The notes under the pieces: model-generated
Database searches by the model: none
The model's input: the letters and a program-made list of their open reading frames with translations, nothing else
Told to the model about the DNA's origin: nothing
Origin: an uncultured Gemmatimonadales bacterium
GTDB taxonomy: Bacteria; Gemmatimonadota; Gemmatimonadetes; Gemmatimonadales; GWC2-71-9
Direction of reading: 5' to 3'
DNA length: 64,000 nucleotides
Assembly (NCBI GenBank): GCA_963795085.1
Contig: CAWCFX010000001.1
Location: forward strand, 256,001 to 320,000
Made by a program: the position numbers and the translations under genes
Shown here: piece after piece, positions 1 to 10,087 of the stretch
Layout of the letters: each line of letters starts with the position of its first letter
Numbering within the stretch: position 1 is the stretch's first letter

Positions 1-1
1 G

Positions 2-355
2 TCGGCGGAGGACGCGGACAAGCTGTTACAGGGCTTCGAACGGAGCGAGGTGCTGGAACCGTTCCTGGAGACCCGGGGCGAGGAGCTGGCGGTCGGCATC
101 GAGCGGGCGGCGGCGTTTCTCCAGTCGGCCAGCCGGTCGGCGGGGGGCGTGGCCCGGCTCTATACCACGGGCGGCGGTTCCCGGATACCCGGACTCAACC
201 GGGTGCTGGCCGACCGTCTGCGGTTGCCGGTCCAGCAGGCCAACCCGATCGAGCGGCTCCAGGTTGCCGAAGACGTGCTCTCGACTCTCAACCCGGACGA
301 AGTGGGACCGTTGCTGATGTTGCCGATCGGTCTCGCTCTCCGTTCCGCCGCGTGA
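2..355 (+). CDS. pilM: Type IV pilus assembly protein PilM (C-terminal part, truncated by window start)
   Basis: Actin-like TGGGSRIPGL motif and GLALR C-terminus; first gene before pilN-O-P-Q; frame open from position 2. Confidence 0.85.
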   Translation, partial: SAEDADKLLQGFERSEVLEPFLETRGEELAVGIERAAAFLQSASRSAGGVARLYTTGGGSRIPGLNRVLADRLRLPVQQANPIERLQVAEDVLSTLNPDEVGPLLMLPIGLALRSAA

Positions 356-374
356 CCCGCGAGGTCCATATCGC

Positions 375-1052
375 ATGATAAAGATCAACCTGCTACCCGG
401 CGCCAAACGGAAACGATCCGGCTCCATCAAGGACGTGATCGTAGGCCGTGCGCGCGACCTGGGGGCCAAGGTGAAGGACCCGGTGCTGATCGTGGCCGTG
501 GCCGCATGGCTCCTCGCCATCGCGTTCGTGGCCTACGGGTATCTCAGCAACTCGTCGCGGATGCGCGACCTGGAGCCCCGGCTGGAGCAGGCCCGGGACG
601 AGCACCGGCGGTACAAGAACCTGATGACCGAAAAGCGAAAGACCGAGACCATCCGGGATTCGCTGCTGGCCCAGATCAGCGTGATCCGCGGGGTGGATGG
701 CGACCGCTATACCTGGCCCCACGTGCTGGACGAAGTGGCCAAGGCGTTGCCGGCCTACACCTGGCTGGTGGACCTGAGCGTGGTCACGTCCGCCGCCGTC
801 ACCGATTCGGCCGATTCCGCCGCACCGGTCATGCAGTTCCAGATCGGCGGCCGCACGGTGGACATCCAGGCCTACACCCGGTTCCTGCGCCAGCTGGAGG
901 CTTCGCCCTGGATCATGAACGTGACGCCGATGCAGGCGCAGACGGTGGTCGAGAAGGAGCGGGCGGTGACCGCCTTTACCATTCGCGCGACCTTTAACCG
1001 GGCCGATTCGGCCTATATCCGCACCGTGCCCATGTCCCAGTCGGTGAGATAG
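375..1052 (+). CDS. pilN: Type IV pilus assembly protein PilN
   Basis: N-terminal INLLP motif, single TM, coiled coil. Confidence 0.9.
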   Translation: MIKINLLPGAKRKRSGSIKDVIVGRARDLGAKVKDPVLIVAVAAWLLAIAFVAYGYLSNSSRMRDLEPRLEQARDEHRRYKNLMTEKRKTETIRDSLLAQISVIRGVDGDRYTWPHVLDEVAKALPAYTWLVDLSVVTSAAVTDSADSAAPVMQFQIGGRTVDIQAYTRFLRQLEASPWIMNVTPMQAQTVVEKERAVTAFTIRATFNRADSAYIRTVPMSQSVR

Positions 1053-1054
1053 CC

Positions 1055-1678
1055 ATGGCCATCTTCGGCATGCAGAACCCCGGCCCGGCCGTCGCGATCC
1101 TCCTCGCCGGCGCGGTCGCCTACGTGGCCTACGAAGGCAATTCGATGATCGGGGTGGACGGCATCCGGGCCGGGAAGGAGCGGGCCGCGGTGGTCGAGGA
1201 CTCCATCACCGCCCTGCAGGCGGAGACCGACAGCGCCCGCCAGCAGCTGGCGCAGGGCACCATGGACGATCTCCGCCGGCGGCTGGACAACTACCGGGTG
1301 AGCCTGGAACTGATGCGCCGGCTGGTGCCGGAGCGGAACGAAGTCCCCAACCTGCTGGACGCCATTTCGACCCGGGCCCGCATCCGGGGGGTGACCCTCT
1401 CCAACGTGGCGCCCATCTCGGTGACGCCGGGGCCGGTGCCCTTCGAGACCCAGCTCTACCAGATCTCGGTGATGGGCCGCTACGACCGGATCGGGGAGTT
1501 CCTCGCCGACGTGGCCAGCCTGGAGCGGATCATCGTGCCTTACGATCTGCGCCTGGCCGAAGCGCCGGACCAGGCCGCCAAGGCGCTGGGCGACAGCACC
1601 GGCTCCATGCTGGAGGCGCGCTTCCAGATCCGCACCTACGTCAAGACCGGCAACACGGAGGCCGCCAGTGGCACGTAA
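1055..1678 (+). CDS. pilO: Type IV pilus assembly protein PilO
   Basis: TM, coiled coil, VPERNEVPNLL and GRYDRIGEFL segments typical of PilO; synteny. Confidence 0.85.
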   Translation: MAIFGMQNPGPAVAILLAGAVAYVAYEGNSMIGVDGIRAGKERAAVVEDSITALQAETDSARQQLAQGTMDDLRRRLDNYRVSLELMRRLVPERNEVPNLLDAISTRARIRGVTLSNVAPISVTPGPVPFETQLYQISVMGRYDRIGEFLADVASLERIIVPYDLRLAEAPDQAAKALGDSTGSMLEARFQIRTYVKTGNTEAASGT

Positions 1679-2540
1679 CTACCTGACGGCGTTCCTGCTC
1701 GCCGGCCTGGTCCTGGGCGGTTGCGGCAAAAAGGACGATGCCGCCGACCAGCCCGTCGATCTCGCCGCGCTCCGCGCCAAGCGGGACAGCGTGGCCAGGG
1801 TCAAGGCCCGGGCCGATTCCATCGCGCTGGTCCGCTATACCGCCTGTTCCGATTCCGTGGTGACGGCGCTCAACCGCACCAGCGCCGGCCGCCGCGCCGT
1901 GAGCCGGGCTACCACCGCCGGCACGCCGTTGCCCGAGGTGGTCCAGGGCTGTGGCCAGGCGCCCAGCGTCGCCCCGGCCCAGGTGGCGGTCGAGGACACC
2001 ACCCGGCCGGCGGCGGTCCCGGCGGCCGCTCCGGCCCCCGCCGGCCTGACCCCCCAGCAGCGCCAGGTGGCGCGGGCCGACTCGATCCGCAAGGCACGGG
2101 AGCAGGCCCGGGCGGACTCGCTGCGCCGCTCCGCCGAAATGGCCCAGGCCGATTCAGTGGCCCGGCTGGCTCGCGACTCGGCTCGCAGCGATTCGCTCCG
2201 CCAGTCCCGGGAGACCGAAGTGTTGCGGGAGACTTTTACCTACAGCGGCGCCAGCCGGGACCCGTTCGTCTCGCTGATTGACCTGCCGAGCGAAGGGCCG
2301 GAGTTCATCAACCTGCAGCTGGTGGCCATTTACCAGGACCTGCGGTACGCCGGAAACAGCATTGCCGTGGTGCGGGACAAAGGTGCCAACAAGCGCTACA
2401 GCGTCCGGGTAGGCGACCGGATCGGGCGGCTCAAGATCGCCCAGATTCGCCAGCGCGACGTCGTATTCACCATTGAAGATCTTGGCTTCGAGCGCCAGGA
2501 AACGCTGTCTCTGCGAAGGCAGGAGGAGCAGACCCCATGA
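1668..2540 (+). CDS. pilP: PilP-like lipoprotein with long Ala-rich, ADS-repeat linker
   Basis: Lipobox LGGC; RDPF motif; C-terminal VRVGDRIG beta domain; lies between pilO and pilQ. Confidence 0.7.
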   Translation: MARNYLTAFLLAGLVLGGCGKKDDAADQPVDLAALRAKRDSVARVKARADSIALVRYTACSDSVVTALNRTSAGRRAVSRATTAGTPLPEVVQGCGQAPSVAPAQVAVEDTTRPAAVPAAAPAPAGLTPQQRQVARADSIRKAREQARADSLRRSAEMAQADSVARLARDSARSDSLRQSRETEVLRETFTYSGASRDPFVSLIDLPSEGPEFINLQLVAIYQDLRYAGNSIAVVRDKGANKRYSVRVGDRIGRLKIAQIRQRDVVFTIEDLGFERQETLSLRRQEEQTP

Positions 2541-4291
2541 GCCGTATCCGAAGCTTCCTCGTCGCCGGCCTGGTCGTGCTGGCCCCGATCCGGCCGGAGG
2601 CCGGTCCCTCTACCGCCGGTGAAGTCACCAGCATCAGCGTGGTCCCCTCGCCGGGACGCGCCGAGGTGGTGGTGAATATCCGCGGCGCGGTGGATGTCGA
2701 GGACTTCGTCCTCAGCAATCCGGCCCGGCTGGTGGTGGACGTGAAAAACGCCCGGCTCCAGCACAGCGGATCCTCCTACGACGGCGTCAATCGCGGCGGC
2801 ATCCTGAACGTCCGGCTGGGCCAGTACCAGCCCTCGGTCGTGCGGATCGTCATCGAGCTGACCGAACTCAAGGACTACACGGTGGACCAGACCGGCGAGT
2901 CGATCCGGGTGTCGTTCGGCGCCGAGCGGTCGTTCCTGACCTGGTCCTCGACCGCGCCGGCCGACCTGCTGCCGCCGGTCCCGATGCGGGTCTCCCGTCC
3001 CGAAGTGGCTCCCCCGTCAGAGCGGCTGGAGACGGTCCCCTCGGCGCAGGAGCCCCGGATCACGGTCACCTGGGACAATGCCGATATCTCCGACGTCATC
3101 GCCGGCTTCTCCGCCTTCAGCGGCCGTACCATCATCCTCGGCAAGGACATCACCGGCAAGGTGACCGCCGAGATCAAGAACCAGCCCTGGCCGCAGGCCT
3201 TTGCCGCCATTCTCATTGCCCAGGGCCTTTCCGCGACTGAAATGCCCGGCGGCATCATCCGGGTGGATTCGCCCCGCGCCCTGGCCGCGCTCGATTCGGT
3301 CGAGCCGACCCGGACCGTGGTGGTCCGGATCAACTACGCCCGGGCCGACGGCCTGGCCAAGAGCATCGTCGGCATCCTGACCAAGAACCGCGGCAGCGTG
3401 GTCCCCGATACGACCACCAACTCGCTCATCATCACCGACGTCAGTTCCCGGGTCGCCGAGATCGAGCGGTTCGCGCGGGGCCTGGACATCCGCACGCCCC
3501 AGGTGTCCATCCAGGCGAAGATCATCTTCGTGGACCGGACCGACCTGCAGCAGCTGGGCATCAAGTACGACCTGGGCGACGGCGACGCGTTCTTCAACAA
3601 GATCTTCCAGCGGACCGACCCGGCGACCGGTGACCCCTACGACAAGAACGCGGTGATCCTGAACGGAAACAGCGTGGCGGGGATCGCCAACGCCGACGCC
3701 CTGATTCCGGGCTCCGCGCTGGACGTGATCTTCCGGACCTCGGTCGGCGGGTTCAGCCTGGCCACCTTCCTGAGCGCGCTGCAGCGGGTGGACCTGGCCG
3801 ACGTGCAGGCCGAGCCGACCATCAGCACGCTGGACAACCACGAGGCCGATATCCTGGTCGGTGAAGAGACGCCGATCCGGGTCGTGGACCTGAGCGCGCA
3901 GGGCGGCGCCGACCAGGCCCCGCGGGCCACGGTGGAATTCAAGGAAACCGGCATCCGGCTGACGGTGACGCCGCACGTGACCAACAACCGGCAGATCCTG
4001 ATGGAGCTCGCCACCGAGCGCTCGGCGGTGCAGCCGCTGGCCGCCGCCGACCTGGGATTCAACTTCACCAAGCAGACCGCCCGGAACCGCCTGCTGGTCA
4101 ACGACGGCGAGACCGCGGTGATCGGCGGGCTGACGGTGACCGAAGTCAACCGGTCCAAGACGGGGATTCCCCTGCTCGTGGATCTGCCCATCATCGGCAA
4201 GCTGTTCGGGTTCAGCACCGACCAGGAACGGCGGCGCGACCTGATCATCCTGGTCACTCCGCACATCATCGACGACGGTGCCCAGCCCTGA
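2537..4291 (+). CDS. pilQ: Type IV pilus secretin PilQ (AMIN plus secretin domains)
   Basis: AMIN-like NPARLVVD; secretin motifs QVSIQAKI, GIPLLVDLPIIGKLF, LIILVTPHII. Confidence 0.92.
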   Translation: MSRIRSFLVAGLVVLAPIRPEAGPSTAGEVTSISVVPSPGRAEVVVNIRGAVDVEDFVLSNPARLVVDVKNARLQHSGSSYDGVNRGGILNVRLGQYQPSVVRIVIELTELKDYTVDQTGESIRVSFGAERSFLTWSSTAPADLLPPVPMRVSRPEVAPPSERLETVPSAQEPRITVTWDNADISDVIAGFSAFSGRTIILGKDITGKVTAEIKNQPWPQAFAAILIAQGLSATEMPGGIIRVDSPRALAALDSVEPTRTVVVRINYARADGLAKSIVGILTKNRGSVVPDTTTNSLIITDVSSRVAEIERFARGLDIRTPQVSIQAKIIFVDRTDLQQLGIKYDLGDGDAFFNKIFQRTDPATGDPYDKNAVILNGNSVAGIANADALIPGSALDVIFRTSVGGFSLATFLSALQRVDLADVQAEPTISTLDNHEADILVGEETPIRVVDLSAQGGADQAPRATVEFKETGIRLTVTPHVTNNRQILMELATERSAVQPLAAADLGFNFTKQTARNRLLVNDGETAVIGGLTVTEVNRSKTGIPLLVDLPIIGKLFGFSTDQERRRDLIILVTPHIIDDGAQP

Positions 4292-4320
4292 GGCTCTTGC
4301 CCGGCAGCCGAATCACCTGT

Positions 4321-4343
4321 GAGCCCGACAGCTTGTCGGGCTC
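4321..4343 (+). terminator. Stem-loop after pilQ
   Basis: GAGCCCGACA-GCT-TGTCGGGCTC perfect inverted repeat; weak U-tract. Confidence 0.5.
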
Positions 4344-4435
4344 GCTCGTTTCAGGCCAATCCGGTCCGGCGGCGCCATGAACCTTGTTCCCGGCCGTTCC
4401 GGCGGATTACACTGCCATCACATGGACATCCTGAT

Positions 4436-5665
4436 TTGAGACTGCGTTTTCTGACGGCGGGTGAATCCCACGGCAAGGCCCTCTCGGTCATCGTGGAAGG
4501 GCTCCCGGCCGGTGTGCCGGTGACCGCCGAGTACGTGAACCACCAGTTGCACCGCCGGATGCAGGGCCATGGGCGGGGGGCCCGCATGAAGATCGAGGCG
4601 GACCAGGTGGAGTGGGTGGCCGGCATTCGGGGCGGCGAGACGCTGGGGTCGCCGGTCGCCTTGCTCATTCACAACCGCGATTGGGCCAACTGGGAAGACG
4701 TCATGGCGGCGGAAGGCTCGCCCGGCGCCGCCCGGCGGCGGAAGGTGACCCGGCCCCGGCCCGGCCACGCCGACCTGGTCGGGGTGCTCAAGTATGAGCG
4801 GCAGGATGCCCGCGATATCCTGGAACGGGCCAGTGCCCGGGAGACCGCGGCCCGGGTCGCGGCCGGGGCCCTGGCGCGGCGGCTGCTCGAGGAGTTCGGG
4901 ATCTCGGTCGGCAGCCACGTCGTCTCGCTCGGCGGAATCCGGACCGACCCGCCGGCTCCGCTCCCTCAGCCTCTCAACCCGGTGGCCGACAGCTCGGCGA
5001 TCCGCGTCGTAAACCGGGAGCGGGAAGCCGCGATCATCGAACGGATCGACGCCGCCAGCAAGGCTGGCGATACCCTGGGGGGCGAGGTGGAGATCGTGGC
5101 CAACGGGCTGCCCCTGGGGCTGGGAAGCCACGTCTCGTGGGACCGGAAACTGGACGGCCGGCTGGCCGGCATGCTGATGTCCATCCCCGCCATCAAGGGC
5201 GTGGAGATCGGGCTGGGCATGGAGGCCGCGCGACGCCCCGGCAGCCTGGTCCACGACCCGATCCTGGCCGACGCCCGGGAGGGTGGTCCCTCTCCCCGCG
5301 GCGGGTTTCGCCGGGAGACAAACCACGCCGGCGGGCTCGAAGGCGGCATGACGACCGGGGAGCCGCTGGTGGTTCGCATCGCGATGAAGCCGATCTCGAC
5401 GCTGATGTCGCCGTTGCGGACGGTGAGTCTCGAAACCGGCGAGGCCGCCCTGGCCCAGAGCGAACGGTCCGATGTCACGGCGGTGCCGGCGGCCGGCGTC
5501 ATCGGCGAGGCGGTGGTCGCCCTGGTCCTCGCCGATGCGATGCTGGAAAAGTTCGGAGGCGATTCTCTCGCCGAGATGCGGCGAAATGTCGAGGGCTACC
5601 TGCGGTCGCTCGACGCGCGCTGGGAGCAGGTGCAACGGGGTCCCCAACCGGAGGAGGGCGCATGA
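4436..5665 (+). CDS. aroC: Chorismate synthase
   Basis: TAGESHG, RPRPGHAD, ERASARETAARV, MKPISTL motifs; probable TTG start at 4436. Confidence 0.95.
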   Translation: MRLRFLTAGESHGKALSVIVEGLPAGVPVTAEYVNHQLHRRMQGHGRGARMKIEADQVEWVAGIRGGETLGSPVALLIHNRDWANWEDVMAAEGSPGAARRRKVTRPRPGHADLVGVLKYERQDARDILERASARETAARVAAGALARRLLEEFGISVGSHVVSLGGIRTDPPAPLPQPLNPVADSSAIRVVNREREAAIIERIDAASKAGDTLGGEVEIVANGLPLGLGSHVSWDRKLDGRLAGMLMSIPAIKGVEIGLGMEAARRPGSLVHDPILADAREGGPSPRGGFRRETNHAGGLEGGMTTGEPLVVRIAMKPISTLMSPLRTVSLETGEAALAQSERSDVTAVPAAGVIGEAVVALVLADAMLEKFGGDSLAEMRRNVEGYLRSLDARWEQVQRGPQPEEGA

Positions 5666-6189
5666 AGCGGCACATTCTCCTGGTTGGCTTGCCGGGCAGC
5701 GGCAAGACCACCATCGGCCGGCTGGTTGCGGATAGACTCGGAACCGGTTTCATCGACACCGACATGGTCATCGTCCGTAAGATGCAGATGCCCATTGCCC
5801 GGATTTTCGCCATCCACGGAGAGGCGAGGTTCCGGGAGCTGGAGCGGGAGACCATGGCGCACGCCCTGGAGGGGCCCGCCTGCGTGCTGGCGCCGGGTGG
5901 CGGCTGGGCGGTGCAGCCGGGCCAGCTGGATGGGGCGCTCCAGAACAGTTTCGTGGTCTATATCAAGACCATGGCGATGACGGCGGCCAAGCGGGCCGGC
6001 GGCGACAACGCCCGTCCGGTGCTCGCCGGGGAGGACCCCATGGAGCAGATGCGCAACCTGCTCCAGGAGCGGGAGCCGTTCTATAGCCGGGCTGACGCGG
6101 AGATCAAGAATGACGTCAAGACGGCGGAGGCGGCGGCCGACGAGATCGTGGAACTGGTGCGGGAAAAGGCCGGGTGGGGCGATAACTGA
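5662..6189 (+). CDS. aroK: Shikimate kinase
   Basis: GLPGSGKTT Walker A, GEARFRELE, GGG, RP motifs; ATGA overlap with aroC; GGAGG RBS. Confidence 0.92.
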   Translation: MKRHILLVGLPGSGKTTIGRLVADRLGTGFIDTDMVIVRKMQMPIARIFAIHGEARFRELERETMAHALEGPACVLAPGGGWAVQPGQLDGALQNSFVVYIKTMAMTAAKRAGGDNARPVLAGEDPMEQMRNLLQEREPFYSRADAEIKNDVKTAEAAADEIVELVREKAGWGDN

Positions 6190-6310
6190 CGGGACAGGAG
6201 ACGAGTGACGGGGGCATGACTGGCCCACGCCAGGTGCCGGCGCCCTTTCGCTTTTCACACCGCTGTAAGGTGTTATCAGGCAGCAGGTTGGATTGACCAG
6301 CCTTGCTTAT

Positions 6311-6331
6311 CCCGCGTCCAGCGGGTTTTTT
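6311..6331 (+). terminator. Rho-independent terminator
   Basis: CCCGC-GTCCA-GCGGG followed by T6. Confidence 0.6.
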
Positions 6332-6384
6332 GTACGGCAGACGTTTGCGACCTGGTTGACCCCGGAAGCGTACAATTCGAGCCC

Positions 6385-8754
6385 ATGGCACCGACTAAAG
6401 AGAAAACCACCAAGCCACGCAAGGCCAAGTCGGCCAAGCCGGCTGCTCCCCGCGCCACCCGCAGCAAGAAGGGCGGTGGGGCCGGGGGCGAGGCCGTCGC
6501 CGGCCGGGGGTCCCTGGTCATCGTCGAGTCTCCCACCAAGGCAAAGACGATCGGCAAGTACCTGGGTCGCGGGTTTGACGTGAAAGCGACGGTCGGCCAT
6601 GTCCGGGACCTGCCCACCCGGGAGCTGGGGGTGGACGTGGACCGGAATTTCGAGCCCAAGTACGTCACTATTAAAGGAAAGACCAAGACGCTGGCGGAGA
6701 TCAAGAAGGCGGCGAAGACGGCCAGCCAGGTCTTCCTGGCCACCGACCCGGACCGCGAGGGCGAGGCCATTGCCTGGCACGTCGCCGGGCAACTGGACAC
6801 CCAGGCGCCCATTCACCGGGTCCTCTTCGAAGAGATCACCAAGGCCGGGGTGGAGCGGGCCATGGCCAATCCGCAGGTAATTGACGACCGGAAAGTGGAT
6901 GCCCAGCAGGCCCGCCGCATCCTGGACCGGCTGGTCGGCTACAAGGCCAGCCCGATTCTCTGGAAGAGCATCCGGACCGGCCTGTCCGCCGGCCGGGTGC
7001 AGACCGTCGCGCTCCGGCTGATCGTGGAGCGGGAGCGGGAAATCCGCGCCTTTACCGCCGTCGAGTACTGGTCCATTGATGCGCTGTGCGCCAAGGGTGG
7101 CCAGACGTTCGAGGCGAGCCTGCACAAGATCGACGGCCATAAGCCGCAGCTGCACACCGAGGCGGAGGCCACCCGGGTCGTGGGCGATCTCAAGGCCATG
7201 CCCTTCGTGGTCTCCAAGGTGGAGAAGCGCCAGCGGAAGAAGCGGCCGGGCGCTCCGTTCACCACCAGCACGGTCCAGCAGGAAGCCGCGAAAAAGCTGA
7301 GTTTCTCCAGCCGCCGCACCATGCGCGCGGCCCAGGATCTCTACGAAGGCATCGACGTCGGCGAGGAAGGGCCGGTCGGCCTGATCACCTACATGCGGAC
7401 CGACTCCGTGCGGGTCTCGCCGGAAGCGATCACCGCGGTTCGCGATTTCATCACCGAGAAGTACGGCAAGCCCTACCTGCCGGATACCCCGAACGCCTAC
7501 ACCTCCAAGGCGGCCCGGGTCCAGGATGCCCACGAGGCCATCCGGCCGACCGACGTGCGCCGCCGCCCCGAGATGGTCGAGAAGTACCTGGAGCCCGACC
7601 AGTTCCGCCTCTACCAGCTGATCTGGCAGCGGTTCGTGGCGTCCCAGATGACGCCCGCCGTCTATGACATGACCATCGTGGACTTCGAGCTGGGCCGCTA
7701 CCTGGTCCGGGCTTCCGGGTCGGTGATGATCTTCGACGGCTACCACGTGCTGTACACCGAGGGCAGGGAAGCGGAAGAGGGCAAGACGATGGACGACCTC
7801 TCGCCGATTCCCCCCCTGGCCGTGGGCGACCAGGTCGAGGTCCGGGAGATCGTGCCCAACCAGCACTTCACCGAGCCGCCGCCCCGTTTCTCGGAAGCCA
7901 GCCTGGTCAAGGAGCTGGAACGGCTGGGCATCGGCCGGCCCTCGACCTACAGCGCCATCATCTCCACCCTCACCGCCCGGGAATACGTCCGCAACGAGCA
8001 GCGGCGGTTCTTTCCCACCGAACTGGGCGAGACGGTCGAAAAGGTGATGGTCGGCAAGTTTCCCGAGATCTTCAATGTCGAGTTCACCTCGCTCATGGAA
8101 GGCGAGCTGGACCGGATCGAGGATGCCGAGCTGGAGTGGCAGGATGTGCTCCGGAACTTCTACGGGCCCTTTACCAAGGCGCTGGAAGCGGTGGACATCA
8201 ACGCGCTGGTGATGGAAGCCCACGGGCTCCAGGACCTGGCCAGCGAGAAGTGCCCCAAGTGCGGCGCCGGGGTGGTGCTGAAGAGCGGGCGCTTCGGGCC
8301 CTATATCGCCTGCGTCAACTACAAGGACACCTGCGACTACGCCCAGTCGCTCAAGAAGCAGAAGGCCCCCGACAAGCCCACCGACGAGAAGTGCCACCTC
8401 TGCCAGTCGCCGATGGTGATCAAGACCGGCCGGTTCGGCGAGTTCCTCGCCTGCACCACCTATCCCAAGTGCAAGGGCACCCGCTCCATCTCGCTGGGGA
8501 TCAAGTGTCCCAAGTGCGAGGAAGGCGAGCTGGCGGAGCGGCGCACCAAGCGGGGTAAGTCGTTCTGGGGCTGCATCCGGTACCCGGCCTGCGATTTCTC
8601 CACGTGGAACAAGCCGGTGGCCGAGCCCTGTCCCTCCTGCGGATGGGTCGGCATGGAGAAGCGGATGAGCAAGGCGGAAGGGGAATCCCGGGTCTGCCTG
8701 AAGTGCGGCCACAAGGAGATCGTGGTCGATGCCGAGGAGGCGGCAGTGACGTGA
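6385..8754 (+). CDS. topA: DNA topoisomerase I with C-terminal zinc ribbons
   Basis: IVESPTK, ATDPDREGE, SAGRVQ, ITYMRTDS, GIGRPSTY; C4 Zn-ribbon repeats. Confidence 0.97.
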   Translation: MAPTKEKTTKPRKAKSAKPAAPRATRSKKGGGAGGEAVAGRGSLVIVESPTKAKTIGKYLGRGFDVKATVGHVRDLPTRELGVDVDRNFEPKYVTIKGKTKTLAEIKKAAKTASQVFLATDPDREGEAIAWHVAGQLDTQAPIHRVLFEEITKAGVERAMANPQVIDDRKVDAQQARRILDRLVGYKASPILWKSIRTGLSAGRVQTVALRLIVEREREIRAFTAVEYWSIDALCAKGGQTFEASLHKIDGHKPQLHTEAEATRVVGDLKAMPFVVSKVEKRQRKKRPGAPFTTSTVQQEAAKKLSFSSRRTMRAAQDLYEGIDVGEEGPVGLITYMRTDSVRVSPEAITAVRDFITEKYGKPYLPDTPNAYTSKAARVQDAHEAIRPTDVRRRPEMVEKYLEPDQFRLYQLIWQRFVASQMTPAVYDMTIVDFELGRYLVRASGSVMIFDGYHVLYTEGREAEEGKTMDDLSPIPPLAVGDQVEVREIVPNQHFTEPPPRFSEASLVKELERLGIGRPSTYSAIISTLTAREYVRNEQRRFFPTELGETVEKVMVGKFPEIFNVEFTSLMEGELDRIEDAELEWQDVLRNFYGPFTKALEAVDINALVMEAHGLQDLASEKCPKCGAGVVLKSGRFGPYIACVNYKDTCDYAQSLKKQKAPDKPTDEKCHLCQSPMVIKTGRFGEFLACTTYPKCKGTRSISLGIKCPKCEEGELAERRTKRGKSFWGCIRYPACDFSTWNKPVAEPCPSCGWVGMEKRMSKAEGESRVCLKCGHKEIVVDAEEAAVT

Positions 8755-10079
8755 ACGCCAGCGTGATCGGCGGGGGGCTGGCCGGGTCGGAAGCGGCCTG
8801 GGCCCTCGCCGAACGCGGGATCAACGTCGTGCTGTACGAGATGCGCCCGGTGGTGAAGACCCCGGCCCACCACACCGACCGGCTGGCCGAGATCGTCTGC
8901 AGCAACTCGTTCAAGTCCATCGAACTGGGCAACGCCCATGGCCTGCTCAAGGCCGAACTCCGCGCCCTGGGCAGCCTGCTGCTGGAGTGCGCCGACCTGG
9001 CGCGGGTGCCGGCCGGGGCCGCCCTCGCGGTGGACCGCGACATTTTTTCGGCCGAGGTGGACCGCCGGGTCCGGGCCCACCCCCGCATCGAAGTGCGGGT
9101 GGCGGAAGCGCGTGAAATCCCCAGTCCCGCCGTGATCGCGACCGGACCTCTCACCTCGGAACCCCTGGCCGCGGCGCTCGCCGCCCGGCTGGGCGCCGAG
9201 TCCCTCGCCTTCTACGATGCCATTGCCCCCATTGTCTCGGGCGAGTCGCTGGACCACGACCTGCTGTATGCTCTCTCCCGCTACGGCAAGGGCGACGGGG
9301 ACGACTACCTGAACGCCCCGCTCAGCCGGGAAGACTACGAAGCCTTCATTGACGCGCTCATCGCCGGGGACCAGTTCTCCGGGCACGAGTTCGACCAGGT
9401 GCCGTACTTTGAAGGCTGCCTTCCCATCGAGGAGATGGCCCGGCGGGGCCGGGAGACGCTCCGGTTCGGCCCCATGAAGCCGGTCGGTTTGCCCGACCCG
9501 CGCACCGGCCGGGAGCCCCATGCCGTGGTGCAGCTGCGCCGGGAGGACCGGGCCGGCCAGATGTGGAACCTGGTGGGTTTCCAGACCCGGCTCAGGATCC
9601 CGGAACAGCGCCGGGTGTTTGGCATGATTCCGGGGATGGCCGGTGCCGAGTTCCTGCGCTTCGGCAGCATTCACCGCAACTCCTACGTCAACAGCCCTCG
9701 CGCCCTCGGCCCGGCGCTGACGCTCAAGGACGACGACCAGGTGTTCCTGGCCGGGCAGATCACCGGCGTTGAGGGATACACCGAGTCGCTGGGGACCGGG
9801 CTGCTGGCCGGGATCAACCTGGCCCGCCGGCTCCTGGGCCAGCCCGCCGCCGTGCCGCCTCCCACTACCATGCTGGGGGGGCTCTACCGCTACCTCCGGG
9901 AAGCGGACCCGGCCCATTTCCAGCCGATGAACGCCAACTTCGGACTGCTGGACCCGCTGGAGACGCCGCGGCGAATCCGGAAGGACGCGCGGAAAGCCGC
10001 GCTGGTGGAACGCGCCCAGCACGACTTCGGCGCCTGGCTGGCAGCGCACGGCCTGGCCGGCACCCCGGTAGCGGGCTGA
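8751..10079 (+). CDS. trmFO: Methylenetetrahydrofolate-tRNA-(uracil-54) methyltransferase TrmFO
   Basis: GGGLAGSEAA, EIVCSNS, FEGCLPIE, AGQITGVEGY, FQPMNANFG; GTG start overlaps topA stop. Confidence 0.95.
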   Translation: MNASVIGGGLAGSEAAWALAERGINVVLYEMRPVVKTPAHHTDRLAEIVCSNSFKSIELGNAHGLLKAELRALGSLLLECADLARVPAGAALAVDRDIFSAEVDRRVRAHPRIEVRVAEAREIPSPAVIATGPLTSEPLAAALAARLGAESLAFYDAIAPIVSGESLDHDLLYALSRYGKGDGDDYLNAPLSREDYEAFIDALIAGDQFSGHEFDQVPYFEGCLPIEEMARRGRETLRFGPMKPVGLPDPRTGREPHAVVQLRREDRAGQMWNLVGFQTRLRIPEQRRVFGMIPGMAGAEFLRFGSIHRNSYVNSPRALGPALTLKDDDQVFLAGQITGVEGYTESLGTGLLAGINLARRLLGQPAAVPPPTTMLGGLYRYLREADPAHFQPMNANFGLLDPLETPRRIRKDARKAALVERAQHDFGAWLAAHGLAGTPVAG

Positions 10080-10087
10080 CCGGGCCG

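Noticed and set aside
6307..8712. Long antisense and alternative-frame ORFs here and throughout (e.g. 29393-31582, 49005-51977, 55346-57364)
   Set aside because: Shadow ORFs expected from high GC3; they overlap well-supported genes and show no family motifs
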